Counted from the first letter of the stretch, positions 9,991 through 20,921 are shown. The stretch: DNA of 64,000 bases from an uncultured delta proteobacterium (GCA_963727485.1 CAVSGM010000011.1:352001-416000), one strand, 5' to 3'. A program made the numbers and translations. Notes: generated from the sequence alone by a model not told the origin.

Positions 9991-10889
9991 TTGGGTACCG
10001 TGAACACGTGGAGTCTGCCCCTGCGCAGCGAGGTCGCATAGGCGCGGCCGTGGACGATGGCATAGGTGCCGCCGAGGGGATTGGAGGGCACCCGGGCGAG
10101 GAGGCCCTCCTTCACCAGGTCCTCGATCGAGGCCGGGGGAGCGCCGTGGAGCTGCCGGTACTGGTCGATGGCGGCCTGGATCCGATCGAGGTTCGTCTGG
10201 GAGCGAAGCTCCTGGAGGCGATGCTGCATGCCCGCCCGGATCCTCGGGTCCCGGGTGTTGGCCAGCACCGTCCGGGCATAGGTCTCGGCGGCGTCCACCG
10301 CGCCGGTGGTGGCCAGGAGCCGGGTCACCAGGGCAGAGAGCCAGGGCGGGGAGCCCTTCGCCGCCGCGGCGTGCCGGTAGGCGTCCGCGGCCCCCTTGTA
10401 GTCGGTCCCCAGGATGCCGCGGTTGAAGCCGAGCTGCATCCACATGAACCAGTCGCCGGGGAACCGCTCGAGGCCGCGCTCGAGGATGGCGTTGCTCGCC
10501 GGGACGTTGGCCCAGCGCCAGTGGCCCCGGTTCCAGGGTACCGAAACGCCCCCGAAGCGGTAGGCGTAGTGGAAGTCCGGGTCGAGGGCGTTGACGCGGT
10601 CGATGTAGCGGTGCAGGTCCTTGTACGCGGTCAGTACGTTCAGGGGGCGTCCGTAGTACTGGAGCGCGCCCATCCAGTAGTAGTCGGCGGCCAGGGTGGG
10701 GTGGCCCAGCGACAGGGCCCGGGCCATCCACGCGGGGACGAGGTAGACGGGGCCGGGCATCGCCGCGGACCAGACGATGTCCTTGGCGCTGTCCCGGTGC
10801 TCGACGGTGGTCGAGGTGTAGGTGGCCCCGGCAAGGAGCAGGACCGCGGCGGCGACGCGAAGGGCTTGCACGGGCACTTCCTTCAGCAT
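9987..10889 (-). CDS. pilG: PilG-like protein (myxobacterial PilG / Geobacter XapA type), TPR-like
   Basis: N-terminal TM segment, LAADYYWMGALQYYG and LDPDFHYAYRFGG motifs, C-terminal GspG-like EDLVKEGLL..PSNPLGG; located between pilA and the ABC ATPase. Confidence 0.78.
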   Translation of the reverse strand: MLKEVPVQALRVAAAVLLLAGATYTSTTVEHRDSAKDIVWSAAMPGPVYLVPAWMARALSLGHPTLAADYYWMGALQYYGRPLNVLTAYKDLHRYIDRVNALDPDFHYAYRFGGVSVPWNRGHWRWANVPASNAILERGLERFPGDWFMWMQLGFNRGILGTDYKGAADAYRHAAAAKGSPPWLSALVTRLLATTGAVDAAETYARTVLANTRDPRIRAGMQHRLQELRSQTNLDRIQAAIDQYRQLHGAPPASIEDLVKEGLLARVPSNPLGGTYAIVHGRAYATSLRRGRLHVFTVPK

Positions 10890-10926
10890 GCTTCAGGGAT
10901 GGCGGCTCCCCGGCCAGCCGCAAGAC

Positions 10927-10958
10927 GGGCCTCCCGACCACGAGGGATCGGGGGGCCC
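10927..10958 (-). terminator. GC-rich hairpin between pilA and pilG (mRNA-stabilising or partial terminator)
   Basis: Minus strand GGGCCCCCCGATC...GGTCGGGAGGCCC stem; no clear U-tract. Confidence 0.4.
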
Positions 10959-10986
10959 GGAAGGTACTGACGTCAGGCGTGCCGGA

Positions 10987-11657
10987 CTACGGGCAGTTCA
11001 CGTCGTTGTAGTCGTTGAACGGCGTGCCCGCGGGGGCGGTGGCGTCGCCGCCGGAGAGGCCGCCCGGGCAGGTGCTGGGGTCGGTGCCGTCGGTGCCGGC
11101 GATGAACCAGGCGTCGAGCTGGGTGTCGTTATCGACGTTGCCCGACGGCGGTGCCCCAGAAGGTGCACGCGGGGCAGGTGCCGGGCACGCCGGGCTTGGC
11201 GCCGGGGTCGCCTGGCCGGTGGCCGGCTTCCAGGAGATGCCGCCGAACGACGCTACGTTGCCCATGGGGTAGGCGGCGACGTCGCGCGGTGTCGAACTTG
11301 ACCCCGTCGACGCTGATCCAGTCGACGTCGGTGCCGGGTCGCCCTCGGCGCGTCTTGGTACGGTCGATGGAGGTACCGGACCGTCGCCGAGGTAGTAGGC
11401 GTACCGGTTGCCGCGCTCCGGGGCGAAGCCGATCAGCTTCAGCTGCGGACTCGTACTTGTCGTGCTCCTGGAAGTAAGACCGCTCGGCGGTGAACATCGC
11501 CTTGAGGTTGCTCTTGGCCTCGGACTGCTTCGAGCGGGCCTGGAACTTGATGAAGTTCGGGATGGCGATCGCCGCCAGGATGCCGATGATGGCGACGACG
11601 ATCATGAGCTCGATCAGGGTGAAGCCTTGATCCCTGCGCTTCTTCAGAAAGGACCAT
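10987..11657 (-). CDS. pilA: Major type IVa pilin, reconstructed across at least 6 frame switches
   Basis: GGAG RBS, then pieces in alternating frames: ...[87 protein letters not shown]...[13 protein letters not shown]. These motifs are characteristic of myxobacterial PilA. Confidence 0.9.
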
Positions 11658-11709
11658 GCTGTCTCCAGTGGTGGATTGGGGTGACGGGGCGTTGCTCCTC
11701 GTCCCTACA

Positions 11710-11725
11710 TGCAGTGGGCGTGCCG
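11710..11725 (-). promoter_or_regulatory. Sigma-54 promoter of pilA
   Basis: Minus strand CGGCACG-CCCA-CTGCA about 55 nt upstream of the pilA start; pilA is sigma-54/PilR dependent in Myxococcus and Pseudomonas. Confidence 0.75.
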
Positions 11726-11814
11726 AGACTGAAGCGTGGGCGACATCCGCCAAGCCATTGAATCATGGAGCCCTTGGGGTGTCGAGTCGGTGGACCCGGC
11801 TCCGGTGTGGCGCG

Positions 11815-11856
11815 GGGTGACGAAACGCGTCACCCGATGCCTGACGGGATTGGTCA
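11815..11856. promoter_or_regulatory. Two tandem TGAC-N7-GTCA palindromes, candidate enhancer (PilR-type UAS)
   Basis: GGGTGACG-aaacg-CGTCACCC (11815-11835, perfect 8-bp inverted repeat) and TGAC-gggattg-GTCA (11842-11856), 24 bp apart and ~90-130 bp upstream of the sigma-54 site. Confidence 0.55.
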
Positions 11857-14211
11857 CCCCTGGGGGCGGCGCCACCGCCGAATCCAGGCGCCGAGGAGGC
11901 CTGCAAGGGTCGCGACCGAGAGCCCCAGCCCCAGCCACAGGCTCGCGGGTACCGGGTACCGGAAGACCACGCGGTGGGCCCCGGCGGGCAGGAGGACCCC
12001 GCGCACCAGGTAGTTGGCGCGGCGGATGGGCACGCGGTGCCCGTCCACCGTGGCCTCCCACCCGGGCATCCAGGCGTCGTTGAGCACCAGGAGTCCCGGC
12101 CGGGTCGGCCGGGCGTCGACGACCACCTCCTCGGGCCGGTAGCTGACGACCCTGGCTGGAGCGGGAACGTCGCGGTCGGCGCCCGGTGCCAGGCCCGGCG
12201 GAGGGGGGCCTTCGACCACGGCCTCCTGGCCCCGGCGGACCGCCGTGCCGTCGAGGGCCCTTCGGGCGGCCTCGGGCCCGGCGACAAAGCGCGGGGTGGT
12301 GACGAAGGCGCGGGGAAGCGCCCCGGCGTTCTCGACGACCACCAGCCCGAGGTCCGGCCGCGAGAGGACCACGGGGGTGGTGGGCAAGTGCTCGGCGAGG
12401 AAGGTCGGTCGGTCGAGGATGTCGAAGCGGCCGTTGAAGATCCCGGCCTCCCGCGTGATCCAGCGGAGGGGATCCCGGTCGATCTCGCGACGGTACCGGG
12501 GGGTGACCACTGGCAGATAGTGGGTCGTGGCCTCGATCCCATAGAGGCCGCACTGGTCGGGGGTGAGCGCCGCCCGGTCCCAGAGGGCGACCCCGGCGAA
12601 GCCCTGGGCGAGGCTCGCGTCCCGGGACCGGGGGACGAGACCGATATCCGTCCCGGCGTAGGTGGTCACCCGGGCGCGTCCCGGGGCCCGGACCCCCCGG
12701 CGGCGCAGGGTGGCCGCCGCCACGCTCGGGCCGGCGAGGACAGAGGTCGGGCCGCTCATCAGGGCGAGCAGCCGCGCGTCGACCGGCAGGAGCTGCCCCA
12801 GGGCCAACGCCGCGGGCAGCAGTACCAGCAGCCGGATCGCTGGTCTCTGTGGCCACCGGTGGCGTCCGAGCCAGCTGACACCGAGTCCCCCAGTGATCAG
12901 CGCACCCACCCCGGCGCCCTCCCGCGCCCGGGCCAGCCAGGTCGCCAGCGCCGGATCGCCGGGGCGGCCAGCCAGGGCCAGGACGGCCGCGGTGAGGGCG
13001 AGCACCGCCCCCAGTCCCAGGGCCACCCGGGCCGCCGGTTGCGGCCGGCGCCATGCCGCGGTGGTGGCGATCCCGGCGAGCAGCGCCAGCAGGACCTGGG
13101 CATAGGGGAGGAGCTTCTCCGGATAGCGGAACGCGTCGAACCGGGGAAGGGCCCACCAGGCGAGCCGGTAGAGGCCCCCGTACCGCCCCAGGGCCAGCCA
13201 GACGCACGCCGCGGCGAGGAGGGCCACTCCCCCGCCGACCCGGCGCCGGCGGCCGGCCACGGGGAGGAGAGCCAGGGCCAGGAGGGGCAGGACGCCAGCG
13301 AAGACGGTGAGCTGCCAGGGGGCCCGGCCGCCACTCGTCACGAGCTGGTAGACGGGTGGGCCTGCACCGCGGGGGACGTAGCGAGTGAGGTCGCCGAGGA
13401 AGAGCTCCGAGAGCCGCAGGGGATGCAGGGACCAGCGGGCGGCCGTGGCCCAGGGGAGGCCGGCCGCCCGGTCAATCTGGCGGAACACGGCGAGCGACGG
13501 CAGAAGCTGGATGCCCGCGAGCCCGAGGCCGAGGAGCCCGGCGGTGGCGACCCGGGCCAGCGCCCGGAAAGGCCCGACCTTCCGGAAGATCGCCGCGGCC
13601 CCCAGGCCCAGGAGGCCGAAGAGGTAGGCGGCCTCGAAGTCCCCGGCGAGAACGGCCCAGGCCACGGCGAGCCCCGCGAGGGTCACGCCCCCCAGCGCCC
13701 GGGGCTGCCGGACGGCGGCGAGCACCCCCAGGAGGAAGAAGGGCAGGGCACTGACGCCCCAGAGGAAGACCTGGTTGTCGAGGGTGGAGACCATGCTCCC
13801 GCCGCCGAGGGCGACGACGAGGGTGACGGCGGCGCCGGCACGGTTGGCGCCGAGGCGCCGGGCGAGCAGCCAGGTGCCCCCAGCGACGAGGCCGGCCGAT
13901 GCCAGGGTGGCCAGGGCGTGTCCGCGGATAGGTCCCACGGCGACGGCGAGCCAGGTGAAGGGGTGGAAGACGGCGGTGACCCCGGCGGCGACGAACGGGG
14001 TCCCGAGGGATTCGAAGGGATACCAGAGCGGCAGGTGCCCCTCTCGCAGCCGCGCCACGGCGAAAGCCTTGATCGGGAAGATGAGGCGGGCCGTGTCCCG
14101 GCTGAAGATCACCTTCCCCAGGAGGAGACGGTGGTAGAGGAGGCCGGCGGTGGCGGCGAGGCCGAGGGGCCACGCCCACCGCGTGCGCGCCCTGCCGCGG
14201 GCTCGGCTCAT
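11854..14211 (-). CDS. YfhO-family polytopic membrane protein (GT-C-like), paralog A, 785 aa
   Basis: Starts MSRARGRART. N-terminal RD...FP...LREGHLPLWYPFESLGTPF...VFHP, many TM segments, FRYPEK, ALPRAF, and C-terminal GLLVLNDAWMPGWEATVDG..IRRANYLVRGVLLPAGAHRVVFRY, all typical of YfhO. Confidence 0.8.
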   Translation of the reverse strand: MSRARGRARTRWAWPLGLAATAGLLYHRLLLGKVIFSRDTARLIFPIKAFAVARLREGHLPLWYPFESLGTPFVAAGVTAVFHPFTWLAVAVGPIRGHALATLASAGLVAGGTWLLARRLGANRAGAAVTLVVALGGGSMVSTLDNQVFLWGVSALPFFLLGVLAAVRQPRALGGVTLAGLAVAWAVLAGDFEAAYLFGLLGLGAAAIFRKVGPFRALARVATAGLLGLGLAGIQLLPSLAVFRQIDRAAGLPWATAARWSLHPLRLSELFLGDLTRYVPRGAGPPVYQLVTSGGRAPWQLTVFAGVLPLLALALLPVAGRRRRVGGGVALLAAACVWLALGRYGGLYRLAWWALPRFDAFRYPEKLLPYAQVLLALLAGIATTAAWRRPQPAARVALGLGAVLALTAAVLALAGRPGDPALATWLARAREGAGVGALITGGLGVSWLGRHRWPQRPAIRLLVLLPAALALGQLLPVDARLLALMSGPTSVLAGPSVAAATLRRRGVRAPGRARVTTYAGTDIGLVPRSRDASLAQGFAGVALWDRAALTPDQCGLYGIEATTHYLPVVTPRYRREIDRDPLRWITREAGIFNGRFDILDRPTFLAEHLPTTPVVLSRPDLGLVVVENAGALPRAFVTTPRFVAGPEAARRALDGTAVRRGQEAVVEGPPPPGLAPGADRDVPAPARVVSYRPEEVVVDARPTRPGLLVLNDAWMPGWEATVDGHRVPIRRANYLVRGVLLPAGAHRVVFRYPVPASLWLGLGLSVATLAGLLGAWIRRWRRPQG

Positions 14212-15808
14212 CGGGGCAATGCCGCCTGCGCAGCATCGAGGATGGCCCACGGGCCCTTGCGGCTCTCGAAGAGGTCGCTGGGCTTGAGCCGGACGAGGGG
14301 GACCTCGAGCCCGGCCCGGGCCTGGACGATCTGGGCGGGGATGTCCGAGAGCAGGCAGGCGTCCCGGTCGCAGTAGAGGGGCGAGTAGACCTGGCGGAGC
14401 CGGGGCAAGGTGGGGTCGGTGCGCGGCAGGAGGACCATGTTCGCGCCGTAGTGCCTGAGGACGGCCACCGGGTCCCGGCCGTCGTTCCCGAGGTTGATGT
14501 TCGCCCGGAGGACCTTGGGGGAGTAGGCCGAGAGGTGACGACCGTCGGCGGCGACCTTCGCCTCGGGCACCGCCCAGAGCATGAGGCCGCCCCAGTCGAA
14601 GTCGTTCCACACATTGCCGTAGAGGTGGTCGAGGTGCATCACCGCGATGGCGTCGGCGGGCGAGGGTGTGGGGTAGTCGATGAAGTGGAGCGCGTCGGGG
14701 GCCCGGAGGGCGAAGAGCCCGAGGAAGCAGGCGGCAGCGAGCCCCGCAGTCAGGCTCCCCAGCCGCTCCAGGCGGTCCCAGCGCACCGACCGCAGGCGCG
14801 CCAGGGCCCGGTCGAGGCTTATGGCCAGCACCGGCGCCAGGAGGATCGGCGCCAATCGCAGGTGGCGGCTCGCCGAGAGGGCCATGAGGTCGGCGCCGAT
14901 GAGCAGGGCCCAGTAGCGGAGCTGACGCCGCGGCAGGAGGAACACCGCCAGCAGGGTGACGACCGCCAAGGCCGCGAGCCCGTGCCGCTCCACGGGCACG
15001 AGCTGGTGTACGTGCCACAGGGGCATCCACTCCCGGTCGAGGAGTCGGGCCCCGCTGTCGAGGTGTTCGAGGGCCACGGTCACCGTGCGCCACCCGAAGG
15101 GTGTTGCCATGGCGAAGGGTGCGGCCACCACCGGGACCAGCGCCGCCTCCCAGGCCCGGACGTTGGTTCCCCCCGGTGCTCGACCCAGGCGGATCTCCCA
15201 GGGCCAGGGTCGCCGAGAGGCCGGCGAGGATCGCCCAGCCACCGATCCAGCCGCCGTGGAGGTTGGCCCAGATCCCGATCACCAGGGGTGTCGCCCAGAG
15301 CCAGGCGCGCCGGCCCCGGAGGGCCGGGAGCACCACCAGGGGGGTGAGCACGAAGGTGAAGAGCTGCGGGCGCAGCAGCTCGTACCCGATCCACGAGGCG
15401 TTGACCGCGAGAGCCAGCACCACCAGCCGGGTGAGCGTGCGACCGGTGGTCAGGTACACCTCCGCCCCGATGCCCAGGACCGCCAGGGTCACCAGCAGCC
15501 ACTTGAGGAGGATGAGCCCCGGCGCCCCCCAGGTGTGGTGGGCCGCTCGGAAGAGCACGCACGACGCCCAATCGTGACGAACCACCTCGCGATTGGGCTC
15601 GGTGAAGCTCTGGTGGTTCCGGGCCACCAGCCGCCCGGTCGCCGCGACGTCCCGGCCGTAGGCGAGCATCCACCCGAGGTCGGTGTTGACCGGGGTGAAG
15701 GCGTTGGCGAACACGCCCAGGGAGATGGCCGCCAGGAGTGGCAGCAGGGCGGCCGCGCGTCCTCCACGGGGGGACAGTCGCGGATTGGGCTGTAGGCGGG
15801 GTCGGCAT
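14208..15808 (-). CDS. Polytopic membrane protein, putative GT-C-like transferase (2 apparent frameshifts at ~15750 and ~15200)
   Basis: TM segment followed by TDLGWMLAYGR...SFTEP..HDW, RPQLFTF, IWANLHGGW, ATPFG, REWMP, and a C-terminal VWNDFDWGGLMLW...KVAADGR domain; stop overlaps the paralog A start (ATGA). Confidence 0.6.
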
Positions 15809-15937
15809 GCGGCCTGCGCGCTCGGAGCGTGAGAGGACGGCAAACCGTAGCACCAGTCCGACCCACGGGCACCCCGCGGACCGGGGGCGGGTGGCCGTCC
15901 ACGCCGTGGTCCCTGTGAACGCCAACGTCGCCGCCAC

Positions 15938-18336
15938 CTACGGCCCGGAGGGTCGGGCGGCGACGACGCCGGCGCCGGAGGACCAGCCAGCCGAGGGCGG
16001 CCAGGCCCAGCGCCGAGGTCGCGCCGCCGGCGACGAGGCTCGCCGGGATCCGGTAGCGGAAGACGACCCGGTGGGTCCCCGCCGGGAGCAGCACTCCGCG
16101 CACCAGGTAGTTCGCGCGGCGGAGCGTGGCCGGGGCGCCGTCGACGGTCACCCTCCACCCGGGGAAGTCGGCGTCGGTCAGGACCAGGACCCCGGGCGCC
16201 GCTGACCGTGGCGTCGATGACGACCCGCTCCGGAGCGTAGGTGACGATGCGCGCCGGCGATCGGCGCCACCCGCGGGGCCTCCCCCGCGAAGCGGCGCCG
16301 CCGGCGGGCCCTCGAGGGCGGCGACCCGGCCCGCCGCGACCGCGTGGGTCGGCGAGGGCGGCCCGGGCAGCGGCGCCGCCGGCGACGAACCGCGGGGTGG
16401 TCACGAAGGCCCGGGGCAGGACCCCGGGCGCCTCGGTGATCACCAGTCCCAGGTCCGGCCGGTCGAGGACCACCGGGCCCCAGGCGCCCGGCCTGGCCTC
16501 GAACGACGGCCGGTCGAGGAGCCGATACCGGCCGTTGAAGATCGCGGCGTCCCGGGTGGCCCACGCCCGGGGGCGCCCGCTGACCTCCCGCCGGTATCGC
16601 CCGGTGACCACCGGCAGGTAGTGGCCGGTGGACTCGAGGCCGAAGGCGCCGGAGACGTCGGGCGCCAGGGCCGCCCGGCCCCAGCGGGCCCGCCCCAGGA
16701 AGCCGCCGGCGACGTCGGGATCGTCGCTTCGCACCGTGAGGCCGATGGGGGTGCCGATGAAGGTGGTGATCCGGGCGCGGCCCGGCCCCTGGAGCCCCTG
16801 GCGCGCCAAGGCGGTGGCCCCGGCGCTGGGGCCGGTGAGGGTGGAGGCCGGTCCGGACATGCTCGCGATCAGCCGGGCGTCCACCGGAGCGAGGCGGGCG
16901 AGGGCAACCAGGGCCGGCACCCACACCAGCACGGGCCGGAGCCGGGCGAGGGCTGGCCGACGACCGGCGACCCACACCAGGGCCAGCACCGCGGCGACCG
17001 CGGCGGCCGCGACCGCCCCGTGGCTGGCCCGGGTGAGCCAGGTCGCGAGGCGGGGGTCGCCGGGTGCGGGGAGGGCGAGGCCGGCGCCCAGGAGCACCAG
17101 GGCCACCGCGGTGGCGACGGCCACCCGGACGCTCGGCCCGGGCCGGCGCCAGGCCGCGGTCACCCCCAGGCCTGCGACGACCGCCAGGAGCACCTGGACG
17201 AAGGGCAGGAGCTTCTCGGGATAGCGGAAGGCGTCCCAGACGGGCAGGGCGAGGAATGCCAGGTGGTAGAGCCCACCGTGGCGGCCAAGGGCGAGCCAGA
17301 GGAGGCCGCCGGCGACGGCGAGCAGGGTCCCGGCGACCCGGCGGCGTCGGCCCGCGAGGAGGATCCCGGCCCCGAGGAGCGGGAGCACCCCCAGGAAGGC
17401 GGTGAGCTGCCAGGGCGCCCGGGCCCCGGCCACGACCAGGGCGCGGACATCGGGGCCGGTGCCCTGGGAGGAGTAGCGGACGAGGTCGCCGAGGAAGAGC
17501 TCCGGGAGCCGCAGGGGGTGCATCGACCACCGGGTCGCCACGGCCCAGGGCAGGCCGTGGGCCCGGTCGATGTGCCGGAGGGCGGCGAGCGAGGGCAGCA
17601 CCTGCACCGCGGCGAGCACCAGGGCCCCGGCACCGGCGAGGCCCACCCGGAGCACCGCCCGGGGCCAGGCCACCCGGCGCCGGAGGAGCACCCCGGTCGC
17701 CAGGCCCACGAGGCCGAAAACGTAGGCCGCCTCGAAGTCGCCGGCCAGGAGGGCCCAGCACACCGCGCCGCCGGCGAGGAGCATCCCCGGCAGCGGGTCC
17801 CGGCGGCGGACGGCGCCGAGGACGCCGACCAGGAAGAAGGGGAAGGCCGTCGCGCCCCAGAGGAAGGTCTGGTTGTCGAGGGTGGAGACGAAGCTGCCGC
17901 CGCCGACGGCGACCACCAGGGCGGCGGCGGCCCCCGGCCGGGAGGCGCCGAGGCGTCGGGCGAGGGCGAAGGTCCCGGCCCCGGTGAGGCCGACGCAGGC
18001 CAGGGTGGCCAGCGCGTGGCCGGCGACCGGCCCCACGACGACGGCGAGCCAGGTGAGCGGGTGGAAGACGGCGGTGACCCCGGCGGCGAGGCACGGCGTG
18101 CCCAGGGACTCGTAGGGGTACCACAGGGGCAGATGCCCGTGGCGCAGGCGGGCCACCACGTAGGCCTTGAGGGGGAAGAGGAGCCGGTTGGTGTCGCGGC
18201 TCACGACCACGTCGCCGAGGAGGAGACGGTGGTAGGACAGGGCCAGCACCGCCGCGAGGCTGGTAGCGGCGGTGGCGAGGGACGCCGCCGGGCCGGTACC
18301 GACGATTCTCGGGGCCAGGCGACGGGGGCGGGTCAA
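15938..18336 (-). CDS. YfhO-family membrane protein, paralog B (several frameshifts near the 3' end; end approximate)
   Basis: TTG start overlapping the upstream TGA; close paralog of A (SRDTNRLLFPLK, LPLWYPYESLGTP, STLDNQ.FLWG, FRYPEKLLP, RANYLVRGVLLPAGTHRVVFRY); shares long identical DNA stretches with A. Confidence 0.75.
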
Positions 18337-20794
18337 CGCGTTGGCTCCGGGGCTGGGAGCCTCCGCCGCCGTCGCCACGCGGCGACCAGGACCAGCACCG
18401 CCCAGAGGCCCAGGCTCGCGCCGGTGAGGCTGGCGCCCAGCACCAGGCCCCGGGTCCGGAACCGGAAGACCACGTCGTGGACCCCGGCGGGCACGGGTAC
18501 CGCCCGCACCAGGGCATTGGCGGGGAGGATCGGCGCCGGGTGGCCGTCGACGGTGGCGCGCCACCCCGGGTACCAGGCGTCGTTGAGGACCAGGACGGCA
18601 GGCGCCGAGGCGTCCACGCTCACCTCGACCCGCTCGGGGAGCTGGCTCACGAGGCGCGCCCGGCCCAGGGGGCCCGGGGGCGCCGCGGCGAGGGGATGCC
18701 GGCACTCGACGATTGCCTCGGAGCCGAGCTCGAAGGTGCCGGTGGCGACCGCGCGCATGGCCTGATCCGGGCTGGCGACACAGCGTGGCCTGGCCAGGTA
18801 CGCCCGGGGCAGGGGAGCCGGCGTTTCCAGCAGGCTAGGGCCAGGAGGGGGCTGCGGGCGACGACCCGGTCCGGCGGGAACCGGAGGCCCGGCCGCCGGA
18901 CGCGATCGACCACGAGGTAGCGCACGGAGAAGAGGCGTGCGAGGCGAAAGAACCAGAGCCGGGTGGCCGCCGTGGCCCCGGCCACGCGCTGGCTGGCAGC
19001 GGGGAGGTAGGCGCCCGCCGAGGCGACTCCGTCGAGGGCGCCGACGTCCGGGACCATCGCGGTGGAGAGGAAGGCGGTGACCCCGTCGATGAGGGAGACG
19101 CCGGGGAGGCGGCGGAAGGTCGTGTTCGGTGCGACCGTGTACACCCAATCCGGCGGTTCGGGCGGCCGGGCCGGGGCATGACCGGCCGCCGTGAGCAGCG
19201 CGTTTCCCGAGCGAAGCGCCGCCCGATCCCCGACGACATAGAGGGGGGCGTTCGCCTGGTAGAGCATCGCCAGGGTGACCGCGGCGAGGAGGATGTGCTT
19301 GAGCCGGGCGTGTCGCACCCCACCGAGCACCATCGCGAAGAGCCCAGCGGTCACGACGCCGACGAGGCTCCACCGAAGAAAGCCCTGGTGCAGATGCGTC
19401 CTCACCGCCTCTGGAACGGGTCCGGACCAGAGGGAGGCCAGACCGGTCCGGGTCACCACGCCGGTGAGGGCCTCGAGGCTCGCGAGGCCCGCCGCGGCCA
19501 GGGCGCCGCCCCCTAGGAGCAACACCGTTCGGCGGCGCCACGGCTGGAAGGTCAGGGCGGCCTGGAGCCCGAAGCCGGCGCCGAGGGCGAGGAGCAGGGT
19601 GGGCAGCCAGGCGAGCTTCACCGGGAACCGGAACACGTGCCAGAGCGGCAGGTACCGGAACGCCAGACCGTAGAGGGGTGTGTAGCGGCCGAGGGTGAGC
19701 AGGGTGACGAGGACCACGGCGCCGGCGAGGATCCAGGTGGCGGGCCGGCGGCGGTTCGCTGCCACGCCCACCATCACCAGGGCGGCGGTGGGTGCGCCGA
19801 GGTAGAGCGAATCCACCCACAGGCCCGGCAGGGTGCCGGTGTGGAGCAGTCGGCTGGCGATGGCTGCATGGACCTTGGTGCCGTACCCGGCGAACAGAGG
19901 GCCGAGGAACGGGGTGACGAGACGTATCGGGTGGAGGGACCAGCGCTCGGCGCTGGCCAGGGTCTGGCCCTGGGCCCGAATCGCGGGCAGGGTCAGGAGG
20001 ACGGGCAGGATCTGGATCGCGGCGAAGAGGCCCGCGGTCGCGGCCAGGACCCCGGCGATGCCGAGCCCGCGCCAAGGGTCCGCCCGGCCCCGCCGGACCA
20101 GGACGACCCCGGCGGCGAGAGCCGTCGCCATGACGAAGGCGAGAGGGTCCCCGGCGAGGAGGACCAGGGCCAGCGTGAGGCCCGCGGCCCCGATCCGGCT
20201 CGGGGTCGGCCGCTCGGCGGCACGGTCGGCGAGCCACAGGGCTCCGGGGACCGTGGCGGCGGCGGTGAGGTACGCCAGGTTGTTGGTGATGCAGACGAGG
20301 TAACCGCTGAAGGCGAAGAGGAGGCCCGAGACGGTTGCCGCCGTGCGGCCGAGGCCAAAGCGTCGCGTCAGCCCCCAGGTCCCCACGAAGGCGATGGGAA
20401 AGTTCACCAGGATGGCCGCCTTCATGGCCGTGAGCAGCGGCAGCACCAGGAAGAGCAGGTTCTGGGGATGGAAGACGCCGGCGACCGTCGCCACCGGCAG
20501 GGACTGTCCGAGGGCGTCGAAGGGGTACCAGTCGGCGAACCCGCCGCCGAGGATGCGCCCGGCCCAGTAGGCCTTGGTCGGCAGGTACACACGCAGGATG
20601 TCCCGGAAGATGAAGACCTGCCCGGTGAACACCGCCTTCCAGAAGAAGATCGCCACGAGGCCGAGGCCCAGGGCCGCACTGGCGAGGACCTCCGGCCGGG
20701 GCGTGACCCGGGCCCCACGAGCGGGGCTGGTCCAGCGGGGCCTCGCCGGGTCTCCGGCAGCGTGCGGGGTCGGCGGCTCGGCCACGTGCGTCAC
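18333..20794 (-). CDS. YfhO-family membrane protein, paralog C (frameshift at ~18840; start uncertain)
   Basis: FRDILRVYLP...WYPFDALGQ...VFHP, WSLHPIRL, FRFPVK, LPRAYL, and C-terminal LVLNDAWYPGWRATVDG..ANALVRAVPVPAGVHDVVFRF. Confidence 0.75.
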
Positions 20795-20921
20795 CCTACC
20801 ATCGCTCCGACCTCTGAAGATCGGGGACGAGGTTGCTCGCCCCGGGCCCGGGAGCCCACGGTCGGCGCCCCGAACGGGTTCTGGACGCCGCCCCCGCCGG
20901 TGGGCGACAACGGAAGCCACC

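Noticed and set aside
10987..11657. Diversity-generating retroelement or invertase-driven pilin switching
   Set aside because: No reverse transcriptase, template repeat, recombinase or second pilA copy is visible in the window.
11854..18705. 2283-aa giant membrane protein
   Set aside because: Chance concatenation of three genes via frameshifts; real protein segments alternate with Arg/Pro/Gly-rich off-frame text.
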